Origin: Eubacteriales bacterium
GTDB taxonomy: Bacteria > Bacillota > Clostridia > Oscillospirales > CAG-272
Length of the DNA stretch: 64,000 bases
Direction: 5' to 3'
NCBI GenBank assembly: GCA_045128275.1
Contig: JBGVRH010000074.1
Coordinates: 9,938-73,937 of the forward strand
The notes under the pieces were generated by a model that searched no databases, had not been told where the DNA came from, and saw only the letters and a program-made list of their open reading frames with translations. Both the position numbers and the translations under genes were made by a program. Of this stretch, positions 36,131 through 46,222 are shown piece by piece (position 1 is the first letter of the stretch; each line of letters begins with the position of its first letter).

Positions 36131-38032
36131 ATGCATACCGTTCCCAATTTTTCATTCCAATACAGAAAAAAGCCCTTCAACCTGGCTGACGTCACCGTGA
36201 CCTCCACCGACTACGGCCGTCTCTACGAGTACGCCGACGGTCTGCGGGTGGAGCTGCATATCGAGGAATTTCCCGCCTACAACGCCATCTCCTGGAACCT
36301 GTGGTTTGAGAACACGGGAGAGCATGACAGCGGTCTGATCTCGGATATCCTGGATTGCGATGCCACTTGGTGCTTCGCGAATGCTTCGGGCAAGACCCCG
36401 CCCCTTTCCCTCTTCAACACCGACGGCTGTGCCGGCTACGAGGCCTACCTCCGTTCCGATGCCATTTCCGAGGAGTGCAAGGTGCACGAGACCAAGCTGG
36501 GTCTGGGTGCCTCCCGCTCCTTCCATCCCATGGGCGGCCGCTCCTCCAGCGGACAGATGCCCTTCTTTGAGTTCTACACCCCCGGCCGCGGTCTCATGGC
36601 CGTCATCGGCTGGTCGGGTCAGTGGCATGCCCACTTCGCCCATACCCAGGGGGATACCCTGGAGCTGAAAACGGGACTGGAATACACCGCCTTCAAGCTC
36701 CATCCCGGTGAGCGCATCCGCACCTCCTCCATCCTCCTCATGGAGTTCGAGGGCACCCGGGTGCAGGGTAGCAATCAGCTCCGCCGTCTCATCAAGAACG
36801 AGCTGTGCCCCTTCACCCCCGATCAGTTCCCCTTCGCCCTGGAGGGCATGGGACTGACCACCGAGCGGCATCTGTACCACCTGAACAAGTACCGCGAGCA
36901 CGGTGTCAAGGCCGACTACTACTGGATCGACGCGGGCTGGTACGGCAAGGGCGGCACCCCCGGCGCGGGCGACTGGTACAAGCAGGTCGGTAACTGGCAG
37001 GTGCGCCCCGACGAGCATCCCGACGGCCTGAAGGACGTGGTGAAGACGGTACACGATATGGGCATGCAGTTCCTTCTGTGGATGGAGCCCGAGCGCGCCT
37101 ACCCCGGGACGGATCTGGCGGTACAGCATCCCGACTGGCTCTACCCCCTGGACGGCTTCTACCTACTCCTCCGCCTGGAAAAGGACGAGGTGCGGGAGTA
37201 CCTCTTTGACGTGATCTGCCGCTTCATCGACGATCTGGACATCAAGTGCTTCCGTCAGGACTTCAACATGGAGCCTCTCCAGTCCTGGCGCATCACCGAC
37301 GAGATGGATCGCGGAGGCATGAACGAGATCAAGTACATCATGAACCTCTACCGCCTGTGGGATGATCTGCGGGCGAAATACCCCGATCTGGTCATCGACA
37401 ACTGCGCCTCGGGCGGCCGCCGCATCGATGCGGAATCCCTGCGCAGAGCCATCCCCATCTGGCGTACCGATGCCTTCTGTGAGGCCGACCTGGACGCCGA
37501 TGCCATCCAGACCCAGATGTTCGGCTACAACCGTCTGGTGCCCTGCTCCGGCGGTGTCTGCAAGCAGCCCGGCAATACCTACGCCACCCGCAGCTCTTAC
37601 GCCCCCGCCTACGTGGGCAGCTGGTGGTGGACAGACCGCCCCGACCGACCCGAGCCCACTGCGGAGGTCTTCGCCTGGATGAAGGGTATGTGCGACGAGT
37701 ACCGCGCCCTGCGCCACTTCTTCTCCTGCGACTTCTACCCCCTGGAGAACGGCGGCTGGAGCTATGCCCACGGCGGCTGGGCGGCCTACCGCTACGACCG
37801 TCCCGAGGAGGGCGACGGCATGGTCATGGCCTTCCGCCGCGCGGGGTCGAATTGCGTGACCTCCTCCTACAAGCTGGAGGGTCTGGACACCGAGGCGGTC
37901 TATACCGTCACGGATATCGACACCAAGGAAACGTGGGAGATCCACGGCAAGATCCTGACCGAAGAGGGTCTGACCGTGACCATTCCCCATCAGTACGAGA
38001 GCAAGATCCTGCTCTACAAGATCAAGGCGTAA
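36131..38032 (+). CDS. glycoside hydrolase family 36-like (alpha-galactosidase family)
   Basis: Trimmed to ATG 36131. YYWIDAGWY, CFRQDFNMEP and DNCASGGRRID resemble the GH36 catalytic region. Confidence 0.75.
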   Translation: MHTVPNFSFQYRKKPFNLADVTVTSTDYGRLYEYADGLRVELHIEEFPAYNAISWNLWFENTGEHDSGLISDILDCDATWCFANASGKTPPLSLFNTDGCAGYEAYLRSDAISEECKVHETKLGLGASRSFHPMGGRSSSGQMPFFEFYTPGRGLMAVIGWSGQWHAHFAHTQGDTLELKTGLEYTAFKLHPGERIRTSSILLMEFEGTRVQGSNQLRRLIKNELCPFTPDQFPFALEGMGLTTERHLYHLNKYREHGVKADYYWIDAGWYGKGGTPGAGDWYKQVGNWQVRPDEHPDGLKDVVKTVHDMGMQFLLWMEPERAYPGTDLAVQHPDWLYPLDGFYLLLRLEKDEVREYLFDVICRFIDDLDIKCFRQDFNMEPLQSWRITDEMDRGGMNEIKYIMNLYRLWDDLRAKYPDLVIDNCASGGRRIDAESLRRAIPIWRTDAFCEADLDADAIQTQMFGYNRLVPCSGGVCKQPGNTYATRSSYAPAYVGSWWWTDRPDRPEPTAEVFAWMKGMCDEYRALRHFFSCDFYPLENGGWSYAHGGWAAYRYDRPEEGDGMVMAFRRAGSNCVTSSYKLEGLDTEAVYTVTDIDTKETWEIHGKILTEEGLTVTIPHQYESKILLYKIKA

Positions 38033-38063
38033 GGCGAAGCCTCTTCTTATATCTTTCATGCAG

Positions 38064-38254
38064 AAAAGGCACCGCAGAAGCGCAATATCATAAAGTTAAG
38101 AAAAAAAGCTCTCCCTTTGGGAGAGCTCCCGCCGAAGGCGGGTGAGAGGGTGAATAGAGTCTAAGATGCCCTCTCCGTCACGCTTTGCGTGCCACCTCCC
38201 CCGGAGGGGGAGGCTTAACTTAATGGTATTGCGCAGAAACGGTGCCCTTTTTTA
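38064..38254. repeat. ~37-bp imperfect inverted repeats enclosing five GC-rich hairpins (MITE-like element or compound bidirectional terminator)
   Basis: IR 38064-38100 vs 38214-38254. Inner hairpins at 38107-27 (loop TTT), 38128-42 (GAA), 38144-75, 38179-91 (TTT) and 38195-213 (GGA). T6 at 38248-53. Confidence 0.7.
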
Positions 38255-38269
38255 TGGTGAGAAATGAGC

Positions 38270-39082
38270 TTACGGGAGAACATATACGGCATCCCGCTCC
38301 GAGGGCGCGCATCCGAAGAAGGCCACGTAATTCCGATAGAAGGTGGTGTAATCCGAAAATCCGCATCGGGCACACACAGACATGGGCCGTTCCCCCTCCG
38401 AAAGCATCTTTTGCGCCAGCATGAGGCGCTTTTCGCGGATGTACTTTGAGGGGGTCTGGTGAAGCTCCTTTTTGAACAGGCGGAACAGGTAGCTTTCGCT
38501 CACGTAGAGCCTGTCGGCGATCTGCCCGATATCCAGAGGGGCGCAAAGATTCTGATTGATATGCCACAAAACCTCGGAGATCAAAGGAGAGAGCCTCGCC
38601 CCCTCGGTAGTGGGGTTCAGATCCCCCGCCGTGTGCAAATTCAAAAACAGCTCGGAGAGGAGATGGGGCAAAAGCCTGGAAAAGACCTCCTCGGTACAGC
38701 CACTGCGGTAGGCATCGCATCGACGGAATATATCCTCGGCCAAAGGATTGCCCGCAAGGCTCACCACCTCCAGACCCTCGGGAAGCAGCTCCACCCCCTC
38801 CACGCCGTGAGCCTTGGGATCAAAGAGAATATCGTACCGCTCGTAGCGGGCTTGCCCCTCGATCTGAATGAAATGGTAGCTCATGGGGCGGATCAGGATG
38901 AGATCCCCCTTTTTCAGCTTGTACCTCCGATCCTCGATGACGTGGCTAGCATCCCCGTCCAGAAAGTAGATCAGCTCATAGGCGTTGTGGGTGTGCATGG
39001 AGTAAGCGTTGCAGGGCAGATCCTCGGATATCTCATGCTTGAAGAACACGCGGTCGACGGTTTGGATATACTGGTTTACCAT
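38270..39082 (-). CDS. AraC-family transcriptional regulator
   Basis: Trimmed to ATG 39082 after GGGAGGGAG. C-terminal HTH (YLFRLFKKELHQTPSKYIREKRLMLAQKML). Confidence 0.85.
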   Translation of the reverse strand: MVNQYIQTVDRVFFKHEISEDLPCNAYSMHTHNAYELIYFLDGDASHVIEDRRYKLKKGDLILIRPMSYHFIQIEGQARYERYDILFDPKAHGVEGVELLPEGLEVVSLAGNPLAEDIFRRCDAYRSGCTEEVFSRLLPHLLSELFLNLHTAGDLNPTTEGARLSPLISEVLWHINQNLCAPLDIGQIADRLYVSESYLFRLFKKELHQTPSKYIREKRLMLAQKMLSEGERPMSVCARCGFSDYTTFYRNYVAFFGCAPSERDAVYVLP

Positions 39083-39162
39083 GATCTCCCTCCCTCTTTT
39101 TCTTGACTTCATTGTAGCATATATGTTCATTTTTTTGCAATAGATCACGGCATATTTCGCCA

Positions 39163-39191
39163 TTTACTTTTCAAAAATTTTCATCTATAAT
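39163..39191 (+). promoter_or_regulatory. possible sigmaA promoter for the oxidoreductase-nag operon
   Basis: TTTACT (39163-68), 17 nt, TATAAT (39186-91). Confidence 0.4.
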
Positions 39192-39270
39192 AAAAGCAGA
39201 CGCTCCCGAGCCTCCCTTTCCCGTGAGGATCCGTCGGGATACGCCATCAAGCTGTAAAGGAGCCACCATC

Positions 39271-40341
39271 ATGAAAAAGCTGAACGTCGCCATCATCGGC
39301 CAGGGAAGAAGCGGAAAGAACATCCACGGCGTCTATTTCCGCAGTCAGGACAATACCCACTATACGGTCAAGTACGTCGTGGACGCGGACGAGTTCCGCC
39401 GCGGGGTGGCCGAGGAGATCTACCCCGGGTGCAAGACCTTCGCCCGCTACGAGGAGCTGTTTGCATTGGATGACGTGGATCTGGTGGTCAACGCCTCCTA
39501 CTCCGAGATGCATTACCCCATCACCAGGGAGCTACTGCTCCACGGCAAGAGCGTCCTGGTGGAGAAGCCCTTCGGCCGCACCCGCTACGAGTGCGACGAG
39601 CTTTTGAAGATCGCGGCAGAGCAGGGCGTGACCCTGGCGGTGTTCCAGCAGACCTTCCTCGCTCCCTTCTATGAGTTCGTCTACGATACGATCCGGTCGG
39701 GCAAGCTGGGAGAGATCAAGCAGATCGGCATCCGCTACAACGGCCTTGCCCGCCGCTGGGACTGGCAGACCCTCCAGAAGAAGTGCGCCGGAAGCACCTA
39801 CAACACAGGCCCTCACCCCATCGGCATGGGTCTGGGATTCTTGGACTTCGACCCCAACGCAAGAGTGGTCTACAGTAAGCTGGACACCGCCCTTACCAGC
39901 GGGGATGCCGACGACTACGCCAAGATCCTCATCGCCGCTCCCAATAAGCCCCTGATCGATATCGAGATCTCCTCCATCGATGCCTACTCAAGCTACAACA
40001 TCAAGGTACAGGGCACCAAGGGAACCCTCAAGGCCACCCCTGCCGCCTACGAGATGACCTACATCGTGGACGGCGAGAACCCCGACCGCCCCGTGATCGA
40101 GGAGTCCCTGAAGGATGAGGGCGGCAAACCCATCTACTGCTGGGAGCCACTGAACAAGCACGTGGAGGGTGAATCCTTCAACGGTAACGCCTTTGACGTG
40201 GGCACCGCCAAGCTGTACGATCAGCTCTACTACAAGATCACCGAGGGCAGACCCATGACCGTCACCCCCGAGATGGCGGCGGCGGTGATCTCGGTCATCG
40301 AGACGGTTCACGCCGAAAATCCTCTGCCTTTGAAGTATTGA
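39271..40341 (+). CDS. Gfo/Idh/MocA-family oxidoreductase
   Basis: Trimmed to ATG 39271 after AAGGAG. LNVAIIGQGRSG Rossmann motif. Confidence 0.85.
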   Translation: MKKLNVAIIGQGRSGKNIHGVYFRSQDNTHYTVKYVVDADEFRRGVAEEIYPGCKTFARYEELFALDDVDLVVNASYSEMHYPITRELLLHGKSVLVEKPFGRTRYECDELLKIAAEQGVTLAVFQQTFLAPFYEFVYDTIRSGKLGEIKQIGIRYNGLARRWDWQTLQKKCAGSTYNTGPHPIGMGLGFLDFDPNARVVYSKLDTALTSGDADDYAKILIAAPNKPLIDIEISSIDAYSSYNIKVQGTKGTLKATPAAYEMTYIVDGENPDRPVIEESLKDEGGKPIYCWEPLNKHVEGESFNGNAFDVGTAKLYDQLYYKITEGRPMTVTPEMAAAVISVIETVHAENPLPLKY

Positions 40342-40351
40342 GGTGAAGACT

Positions 40352-41221
40352 ATGAAACGGATCGCCATACTGGGCTGTGAGAATTCCCATGCCAACGCCT
40401 TTCTGAAATTCATCCGTGAGAGAGAAGAGTTCTCCGACGTAGAGGTCGTGGGGGTTTACAGCGACCAAAAAGAGGCGGCGGAGAAGCTGCGGGAGCAGTT
40501 CGGCGTGCCCGTCCTGGAGGACTACGGCGAGGCCGTGGGAGGAATCGACGGTCTCATCATCACCGCCCGCCACGGAGATAACCACTACAAGTACGCAAAG
40601 CCCTACGTCGACAGCGGCATTCCCATGTTCATCGACAAGCCCATCACGGTGAGCGAGGAGGAGGCCGTGGAGTTCATGCGCCGCCTCAAGGAGAAGAACA
40701 CCCCCATCTCGGGCGGATCTTCCCTGAAGCAGGACATTTATATCAAGCAGCTGAAGCAAGCCGCAACAGACCGTGTAGGCGGGGCCACCCTCGGCGGTCT
40801 TGTCCGCGCGCCCTACCAAAAGGAGAACCCCTACGGCGGCTTCTACTTCTATGCCCAGCATCTGGTAGAGATGGTCTGTGAGATCTTCGGCCGCTTCCCG
40901 ATCTCGGTGACGGCCAAGGAGAACGGGGGTCAGCTCCACGTGCTGTTCCACTATGAGGACTACGATTGCGTAGGACTGTTCTGCGACAACAACTACTATT
41001 ACTACGCCTCCCGCATGGCCGAGTCCGACGTGCAGAGCTTCGTGATCCCCTCCACTGAGGATTGGTTCTATGAGGAATTTAAGGAATTCTACGGCATCCT
41101 ATCGGGAGAGAGGCAGACCGTCACCTACGAGGAGTTCATCTCCCCCGTGTTCATCATGAACGCCATTCAGCGATCCTTGGCCAGCGGTACGGAAGAGGCC
41201 GTCCGCCCCATTGAACTGTAA
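40352..41221 (+). CDS. Gfo/Idh/MocA-like oxidoreductase
   Basis: ATG 40352 after GAGGTGAAG. RIAILGCENSHANAF. Confidence 0.75.
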   Translation: MKRIAILGCENSHANAFLKFIREREEFSDVEVVGVYSDQKEAAEKLREQFGVPVLEDYGEAVGGIDGLIITARHGDNHYKYAKPYVDSGIPMFIDKPITVSEEEAVEFMRRLKEKNTPISGGSSLKQDIYIKQLKQAATDRVGGATLGGLVRAPYQKENPYGGFYFYAQHLVEMVCEIFGRFPISVTAKENGGQLHVLFHYEDYDCVGLFCDNNYYYYASRMAESDVQSFVIPSTEDWFYEEFKEFYGILSGERQTVTYEEFISPVFIMNAIQRSLASGTEEAVRPIEL

Positions 41222-41254
41222 GTCCGCCCAAACCACACAAAAGGAGTCTTCCCC

Positions 41255-42013
41255 ATGAAAGCATACAAGAAAGACCTGTTAGCAGTCCAGATCCACGATA
41301 CCCGCGCCGAGATGGGTGCCGCCGCCGCCAAGGATATCAAGGCCTGCATCCTGTCCCTTTTGGAGAAAAAGGAGACCATCAACATGATCTTCGCCGCCGC
41401 ACCCTCCCAAAACGAGGTGCTGGAGGGCCTGGCCACCGACAGGGAGATCCCCTGGGATCGGGTGAACGCCTTCCACATGGACGAGTACATCGGCCTTCCC
41501 GCCGACGCGCCCCAGGGCTTCGGTAATTTTTTGAAGGAGCATATCTTCGGCTTGGCTGACTTCAAGGAGGTGTTCTACATCGACATCACCGCCGAGGATG
41601 CCGAGGCCGAGTGCGACCGCTACGCCGCCCTGCTCCGGCAGTACCCCACCGATATCGTGGTCATGGGCATCGGGGAGAACGGCCACATCGCCTTCAACGA
41701 CCCGCCCGTGGCGGATTTTGCCGACCCCAAGGCGGTCAAGCCCGTGGAGCTGGATCCCATCTGCCGCAACCAGCAGGTCAACGATGGGTGCTTCGCCACA
41801 TTGGACGACGTGCCCAAGACCGCCATCACCCTGACCGTCCCCACCCTCTTTGCAGGGGATCACCTCTTCTGCATCGTCCCCGCCAAAACCAAGGCCAAGG
41901 CCGTCCGCGCCACCCTCTGCGGTGAGATCGGGGAGGCCTGCCCTGCCACTGTCCTGCGCCGCCACAAGAGCGCTGTGCTCTACCTGGACGGTGACAGCAG
42001 CGCCCTTCTGTGA
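41255..42013 (+). CDS. nagB: glucosamine-6-phosphate deaminase family protein
   Basis: FAAAPSQNEVL...FHMDEYIG...MGIGENGHIAFNDP. Confidence 0.85.
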   Translation: MKAYKKDLLAVQIHDTRAEMGAAAAKDIKACILSLLEKKETINMIFAAAPSQNEVLEGLATDREIPWDRVNAFHMDEYIGLPADAPQGFGNFLKEHIFGLADFKEVFYIDITAEDAEAECDRYAALLRQYPTDIVVMGIGENGHIAFNDPPVADFADPKAVKPVELDPICRNQQVNDGCFATLDDVPKTAITLTVPTLFAGDHLFCIVPAKTKAKAVRATLCGEIGEACPATVLRRHKSAVLYLDGDSSALL

Positions 42014-42021
42014 TATGCCCT

Positions 42022-43173
42022 ATGAAAAGAATAAAATCCGATCAGATCATACTGGAAGACCGTCTGTTTGACGGGTACGTATATGTTGAAAACGGCATCA
42101 TCACCGACGTGACCGCCGAGGAACGCCCCGCCGACGAGGTCTTTGACATGACAGGCTACTACGTCAGCCCCGGCTTCATCGACATCCACACCCACGGCGG
42201 CGGCGGATACCGCTTTGAGGGCAGTACCGAGGAGATCATAAACGGTTGCAAATTCCACCTGAAGCACGGCACCACGGCCATCTGTCCCACCGTGTCGGCG
42301 GCTCCCTTTGCCTCCATGGCAATCTCGGCGCGCAATATCAAGGCCGCCATGGCCGACCCGCGGGTCAAGGGCACCGTCCTCGGCGTCCATATGGAGGGGC
42401 CTTACCTTTCCGCCAAGCAGGCGGGAGCCCAATGTCCTACCCACATCACCCCGCCCATGGAGGAGGACTACCTGCCCTTCATCCGCAAGCACGCCGACGT
42501 GATCGCCCGATGGACATACGCCCCCGAGAACGACACCGACGAGAAATTCGTCAAGACCTTGCAGGAGTACGGCATCATCCCCTCGGCGGGGCACAGTGAC
42601 GCCATCTACAGCGATCTCCTTCGCGCCTATGAGCATGGGTGCGCTTTGGTGACCCACCTCTACTCCTGCACCTCCACCATCACCCGCGACCACGGCTTCC
42701 GTCGACTGGGGGTCATCGAGACGGCGTACCTGATGGATGATATGTTCGTAGAGATCATCTGCGACGGCAAGCACCTGCCCCCCGAGCTGATCCGATTGAT
42801 CTACCGGATCAAGGGAGCCGACCGCATCGCCCTGGTCACCGACAGCCTGGCCCTGGCGGGGACGGAGCAGACCCACGGCTTCATGCAGGATACCGAGTTC
42901 ATCATCGAGGACGGTGTCTGCAAGCTCATGGATCGGAGCGCCTTCGCGGGGAGCATTGCCACGGCGGATCGTCTGGTGCGGGTGGCGGTCAAGGAAGCGG
43001 GTATTTCCCTGCCCGACGCGGTGAAGATGATGACCCTGACCCCCGCAAGGATCATGGGTCTGACGGGCAAGGGCCGACTCGCCGCGGGGATGGATGCGGA
43101 TATCGCGGTTTTTGACGGGGATATCCGCATCAAAGCGGTTTTTGCCAAGGGTGAGCTCATCGGCATGGCATAA
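42022..43173 (+). CDS. nagA: N-acetylglucosamine-6-phosphate deacetylase
   Basis: GFIDIHTHGGGGY metal-binding motif. An alternative GTG start at 42010 would overlap the nagB stop. Confidence 0.85.
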   Translation: MKRIKSDQIILEDRLFDGYVYVENGIITDVTAEERPADEVFDMTGYYVSPGFIDIHTHGGGGYRFEGSTEEIINGCKFHLKHGTTAICPTVSAAPFASMAISARNIKAAMADPRVKGTVLGVHMEGPYLSAKQAGAQCPTHITPPMEEDYLPFIRKHADVIARWTYAPENDTDEKFVKTLQEYGIIPSAGHSDAIYSDLLRAYEHGCALVTHLYSCTSTITRDHGFRRLGVIETAYLMDDMFVEIICDGKHLPPELIRLIYRIKGADRIALVTDSLALAGTEQTHGFMQDTEFIIEDGVCKLMDRSAFAGSIATADRLVRVAVKEAGISLPDAVKMMTLTPARIMGLTGKGRLAAGMDADIAVFDGDIRIKAVFAKGELIGMA

Positions 43174-43204
43174 ACCCTGATTCCACGCTTACCCAAGCAT
43201 AGAA

Positions 43205-43240
43205 AATGACCCCGACCAAATGCTGTCGGGGTCATTTCTT
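43205..43240 (+). terminator. rho-independent terminator (bidirectional)
   Basis: AATGACCCCGAC (43205-16) pairs with GTCGGGGTCATT (43225-36), followed by TTCTT. Confidence 0.7.
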
Positions 43241-43266
43241 GATGGAGAGAAGCCGCTGCCGGTCTC

Positions 43267-45480
43267 TCAACGGGCAAGGCGCAGAATCCTGCTCTCTCCC
43301 GCGGCCAGAGCCAAACGGCACTTCTCCATGCCACGAACCAGAATACTCATATCCATATCGCGGTGAGCGGTAACGGTCACGGTGACGGCTCCGTCCTCCG
43401 TCCACGCAATATCCACAGTACCCTCGGGGAACACCAGACCCCGAACCAAGCCGTGACCCAGCCGCTCGGGCAGGGCGGGCAGGATGGAGAGAGCATCCTT
43501 CTGGTAGCAGAAGACCATCTCCTGGAGGGCGTTAACGATACCGAAGTCGGCGTCCAGCTGGACGAAGGCCTCCCCCTCCCATTCCAGGGTGATGCCCATA
43601 TTCCGCCAATCGTTGTGGGTGGTCATGAGGGAGTTCATGACCACGCTCTTGGCCATGACGTCCAGGCAATCGACGGATCGCTCCCCCTCCCCCATGCGAG
43701 CGTAGATGGAGGCCATGTGGGCCAGAGACCAGCCCGACTGGGAGCCCAGCTTGCGGAGGCGGACGGCCTGCTTGAAGGCCTCGAACAGGGCGGGCTGACT
43801 GTGGGCCGTCACCTCGGTGCCGGGGAAGACGGGGTAGATGTGGGAGAGGTGACGATGGTGGTAGTTGTCCTTGATGTCGGGGTGCATCCACTCCTTCACC
43901 GCCCCGTCCTCATTGAGCATGTAGGGCGGGATCTTCCCGAGCAGGGCACGGAATTCCTCCTCCTCGTCGGTATAGAGTCCCGTGATTTCCATGCCCTCCA
44001 GGAGGTTGGTCAAAAGCTCCTTGAGGATGGCGAAATCCATGGTGGCGTTCTGGGCCACCACGCCTGTGTGTCCCTCGGGGGTGTTCTCAGGAGAGACGGC
44101 GGGGTAGAGGCGGATGTAATCCCCGTCCTCCACGGCGTAGTCCAGATAGAACAGGGCGGCCTCCCGCATGAAGGGGAGGATCTCCTCCCGCAACAGGGTC
44201 TTGTCCCCCGTGTAGAGGTAGTATTCCCAGAAATGGCGGCAGAGCCAGCCCGCACAGCTGATCCAGTTGAGGATCACCGACACGGGGACGCAGGGGCCCG
44301 ACGCGCCCGGGGTGGTGTAGGCCGAGATCCAGATGCCGCGGGTGCCGAACATCTGTCTTGCGCACTCGCGAAGCTTCTCGGTCTTGGCGGTGTAGTAGCG
44401 GAGGAGGGGCGGGATGGCGTAGGAGAGCCCACCCGCCATGGTGTGCCAGTAGGTGATCTCCACGTTCTCGTTGGCCACGTACTGGCTCCAGGCCAGGTGA
44501 TGGTCGCCGTGCCACAGTCCGTACAGGGGGACGGGATAGCCTTCCTCGGAGGCCGCCGAAATGAACAGGTACCGCCCGAAGCGCCACAGCCGCTCCAGGA
44601 GGGCGGGGGAAGCTTCGGAATCATAAGCCTCATCCAGCAACTCCTCGTTGGTAGCGTCGAAGTCCTCCTCGGGAGCCAGCTCCAGGGAAACGCCATCGTA
44701 CAGGGGCTGATGGAGGGCGATATGATCCCGCAACAGCTCGTCGTAGGTCTTGCCCATGACGGCATCCAAGGAGCAGTCCGAGCCGTGGGATCCGCAACGG
44801 ATCAGGACGGTGTAGTCCGAGCCTGTCACCGTAATAGCCGAGCCGCTGACGGTAGCGGTATAGTCACCCACAAACGCCACGCGGGCGGATGTGTACCCCG
44901 CGGCCGAGGCGCGGTACAGGCCGTGCTCGGTAGTCTCGGACTCCGCCGTTTCGTTGTAGAGGTGAAAATCGTAGGTGGCGGTAAAGGGTTTGTCGGCGGT
45001 CATACGCATCACGGTCACGTCGGCGGAGCGGGACACGAAGGTCTCACGGCGGTAGTGACAGCCCTCCACGGTGAAGTCCACGAAGGCCTCGCCCCTCCGC
45101 ATATCCACTCCACGGCGGTATTTTTTGAAGACCGTGGAGGGGGAGAAGGAGATCTCCAGTCTGCCTACGGAATGGGGACAGTCCACAGGGGTGGTCGCCC
45201 CTTTTTCCAGGAGGGCGTGAGCCAGATTCTCCCGATTGGCGGCAGCGTAGTCTCCCCGATCCAGAGCCTCCCGCATCTCGCGGATGGCGTGGGTCACGTC
45301 GGGGATCTCACGGTCATAGCCCCCCTCCCACAGGTCGAAGCGATTGAAGGTAATCACTTCCCTGCCCACCGAGCCGGGGATCAGGATACCCGTCAGGCCG
45401 TTGCCCAGGGGGAGCGCCTCCCGCCACAGCTCCTTTGCCCAGGAGGCGGGTCTTTTCAGCGTGTAAATATGTCTGCTCAT
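43267..45480 (-). CDS. glycoside hydrolase family 95 (alpha-L-fucosidase-like)
   Basis: Trimmed to ATG 45480 after CAGGAGA. The N-terminal WREALPLGNGLTGILIPG signature is typical of GH95. Confidence 0.8.
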   Translation of the reverse strand: MSRHIYTLKRPASWAKELWREALPLGNGLTGILIPGSVGREVITFNRFDLWEGGYDREIPDVTHAIREMREALDRGDYAAANRENLAHALLEKGATTPVDCPHSVGRLEISFSPSTVFKKYRRGVDMRRGEAFVDFTVEGCHYRRETFVSRSADVTVMRMTADKPFTATYDFHLYNETAESETTEHGLYRASAAGYTSARVAFVGDYTATVSGSAITVTGSDYTVLIRCGSHGSDCSLDAVMGKTYDELLRDHIALHQPLYDGVSLELAPEEDFDATNEELLDEAYDSEASPALLERLWRFGRYLFISAASEEGYPVPLYGLWHGDHHLAWSQYVANENVEITYWHTMAGGLSYAIPPLLRYYTAKTEKLRECARQMFGTRGIWISAYTTPGASGPCVPVSVILNWISCAGWLCRHFWEYYLYTGDKTLLREEILPFMREAALFYLDYAVEDGDYIRLYPAVSPENTPEGHTGVVAQNATMDFAILKELLTNLLEGMEITGLYTDEEEEFRALLGKIPPYMLNEDGAVKEWMHPDIKDNYHHRHLSHIYPVFPGTEVTAHSQPALFEAFKQAVRLRKLGSQSGWSLAHMASIYARMGEGERSVDCLDVMAKSVVMNSLMTTHNDWRNMGITLEWEGEAFVQLDADFGIVNALQEMVFCYQKDALSILPALPERLGHGLVRGLVFPEGTVDIAWTEDGAVTVTVTAHRDMDMSILVRGMEKCRLALAAGESRILRLAR

Positions 45481-45766
45481 ATGCGTATCTCCTGTCTGCT
45501 GTTCCGCAAGCGCGCGGTGATCGAGGGGGATGGGGATCCATATCGGATACCCTCCCTCCGATCTCATAGGATGCTACCATTGTAACACAGAATACGGGGA
45601 ATGTCAAGAGACGGAGGTTTCGGTTGCTTCATCCGATCAAAAAATCAATACAAAGAAAGGAAAGCAACGCAACATCAACGATGCGGGGTAGCGGGATCTC
45701 CGCTTGCATAATCCCGCGTCATCCGACACATACTACCCTTGCACACCGTAATAGGGGGTATATTTC

Positions 45767-46168
45767 ATGGGAAACCAGAATCAAGATAAATTCAACCAAG
45801 CCAACGCAACCGACACCGAAACCACCGCCAACAGCCAAGCGGACACCGCTACCCAAACGCCCACCAACGGCGCGGACGATATGCTCTGCCTTATGGAACA
45901 GAGCGGGAAGACCTGCGGGCTGGGGCAATGGATGAAGTGTCTCCGCAAGCCCGCCCTGTCCATGCAGTACACCGTGGACAAGCGGCACATTCCCGACATG
46001 GACGACGATCCTACGGGACAGACACAGGTCAAGGGCTCCAACTCCGACACGGTATCGGTCAAGGGGGGCTTTACCATTCGCTACTTCGACTTCGCCGCCG
46101 GGGCTTTTACCCTGCTGGTGGCGGGGTGCATGATCAAGGCACTGTGCTGTGTGAAGAAGATGATGTAA
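45767..46168 (+). CDS. hypothetical protein with C-terminal hydrophobic/Cys-rich tail
   Basis: AGGGGG precedes the ATG. Polar low-complexity N-terminus. Followed by a terminator. Confidence 0.5.
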   Translation: MGNQNQDKFNQANATDTETTANSQADTATQTPTNGADDMLCLMEQSGKTCGLGQWMKCLRKPALSMQYTVDKRHIPDMDDDPTGQTQVKGSNSDTVSVKGGFTIRYFDFAAGAFTLLVAGCMIKALCCVKKMM

Positions 46169-46175
46169 CAGAAAG

Positions 46176-46209
46176 AGGAGCCGACCGCATGAGTCAGCTC
46201 CTTTTTTTC
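46176..46209 (+). terminator. rho-independent terminator (bidirectional)
   Basis: AGGAGCcGAC pairs with GTCaGCTCCT, followed by T7. Confidence 0.7.
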
Positions 46210-46222
46210 TGTTGGGTCAGTT

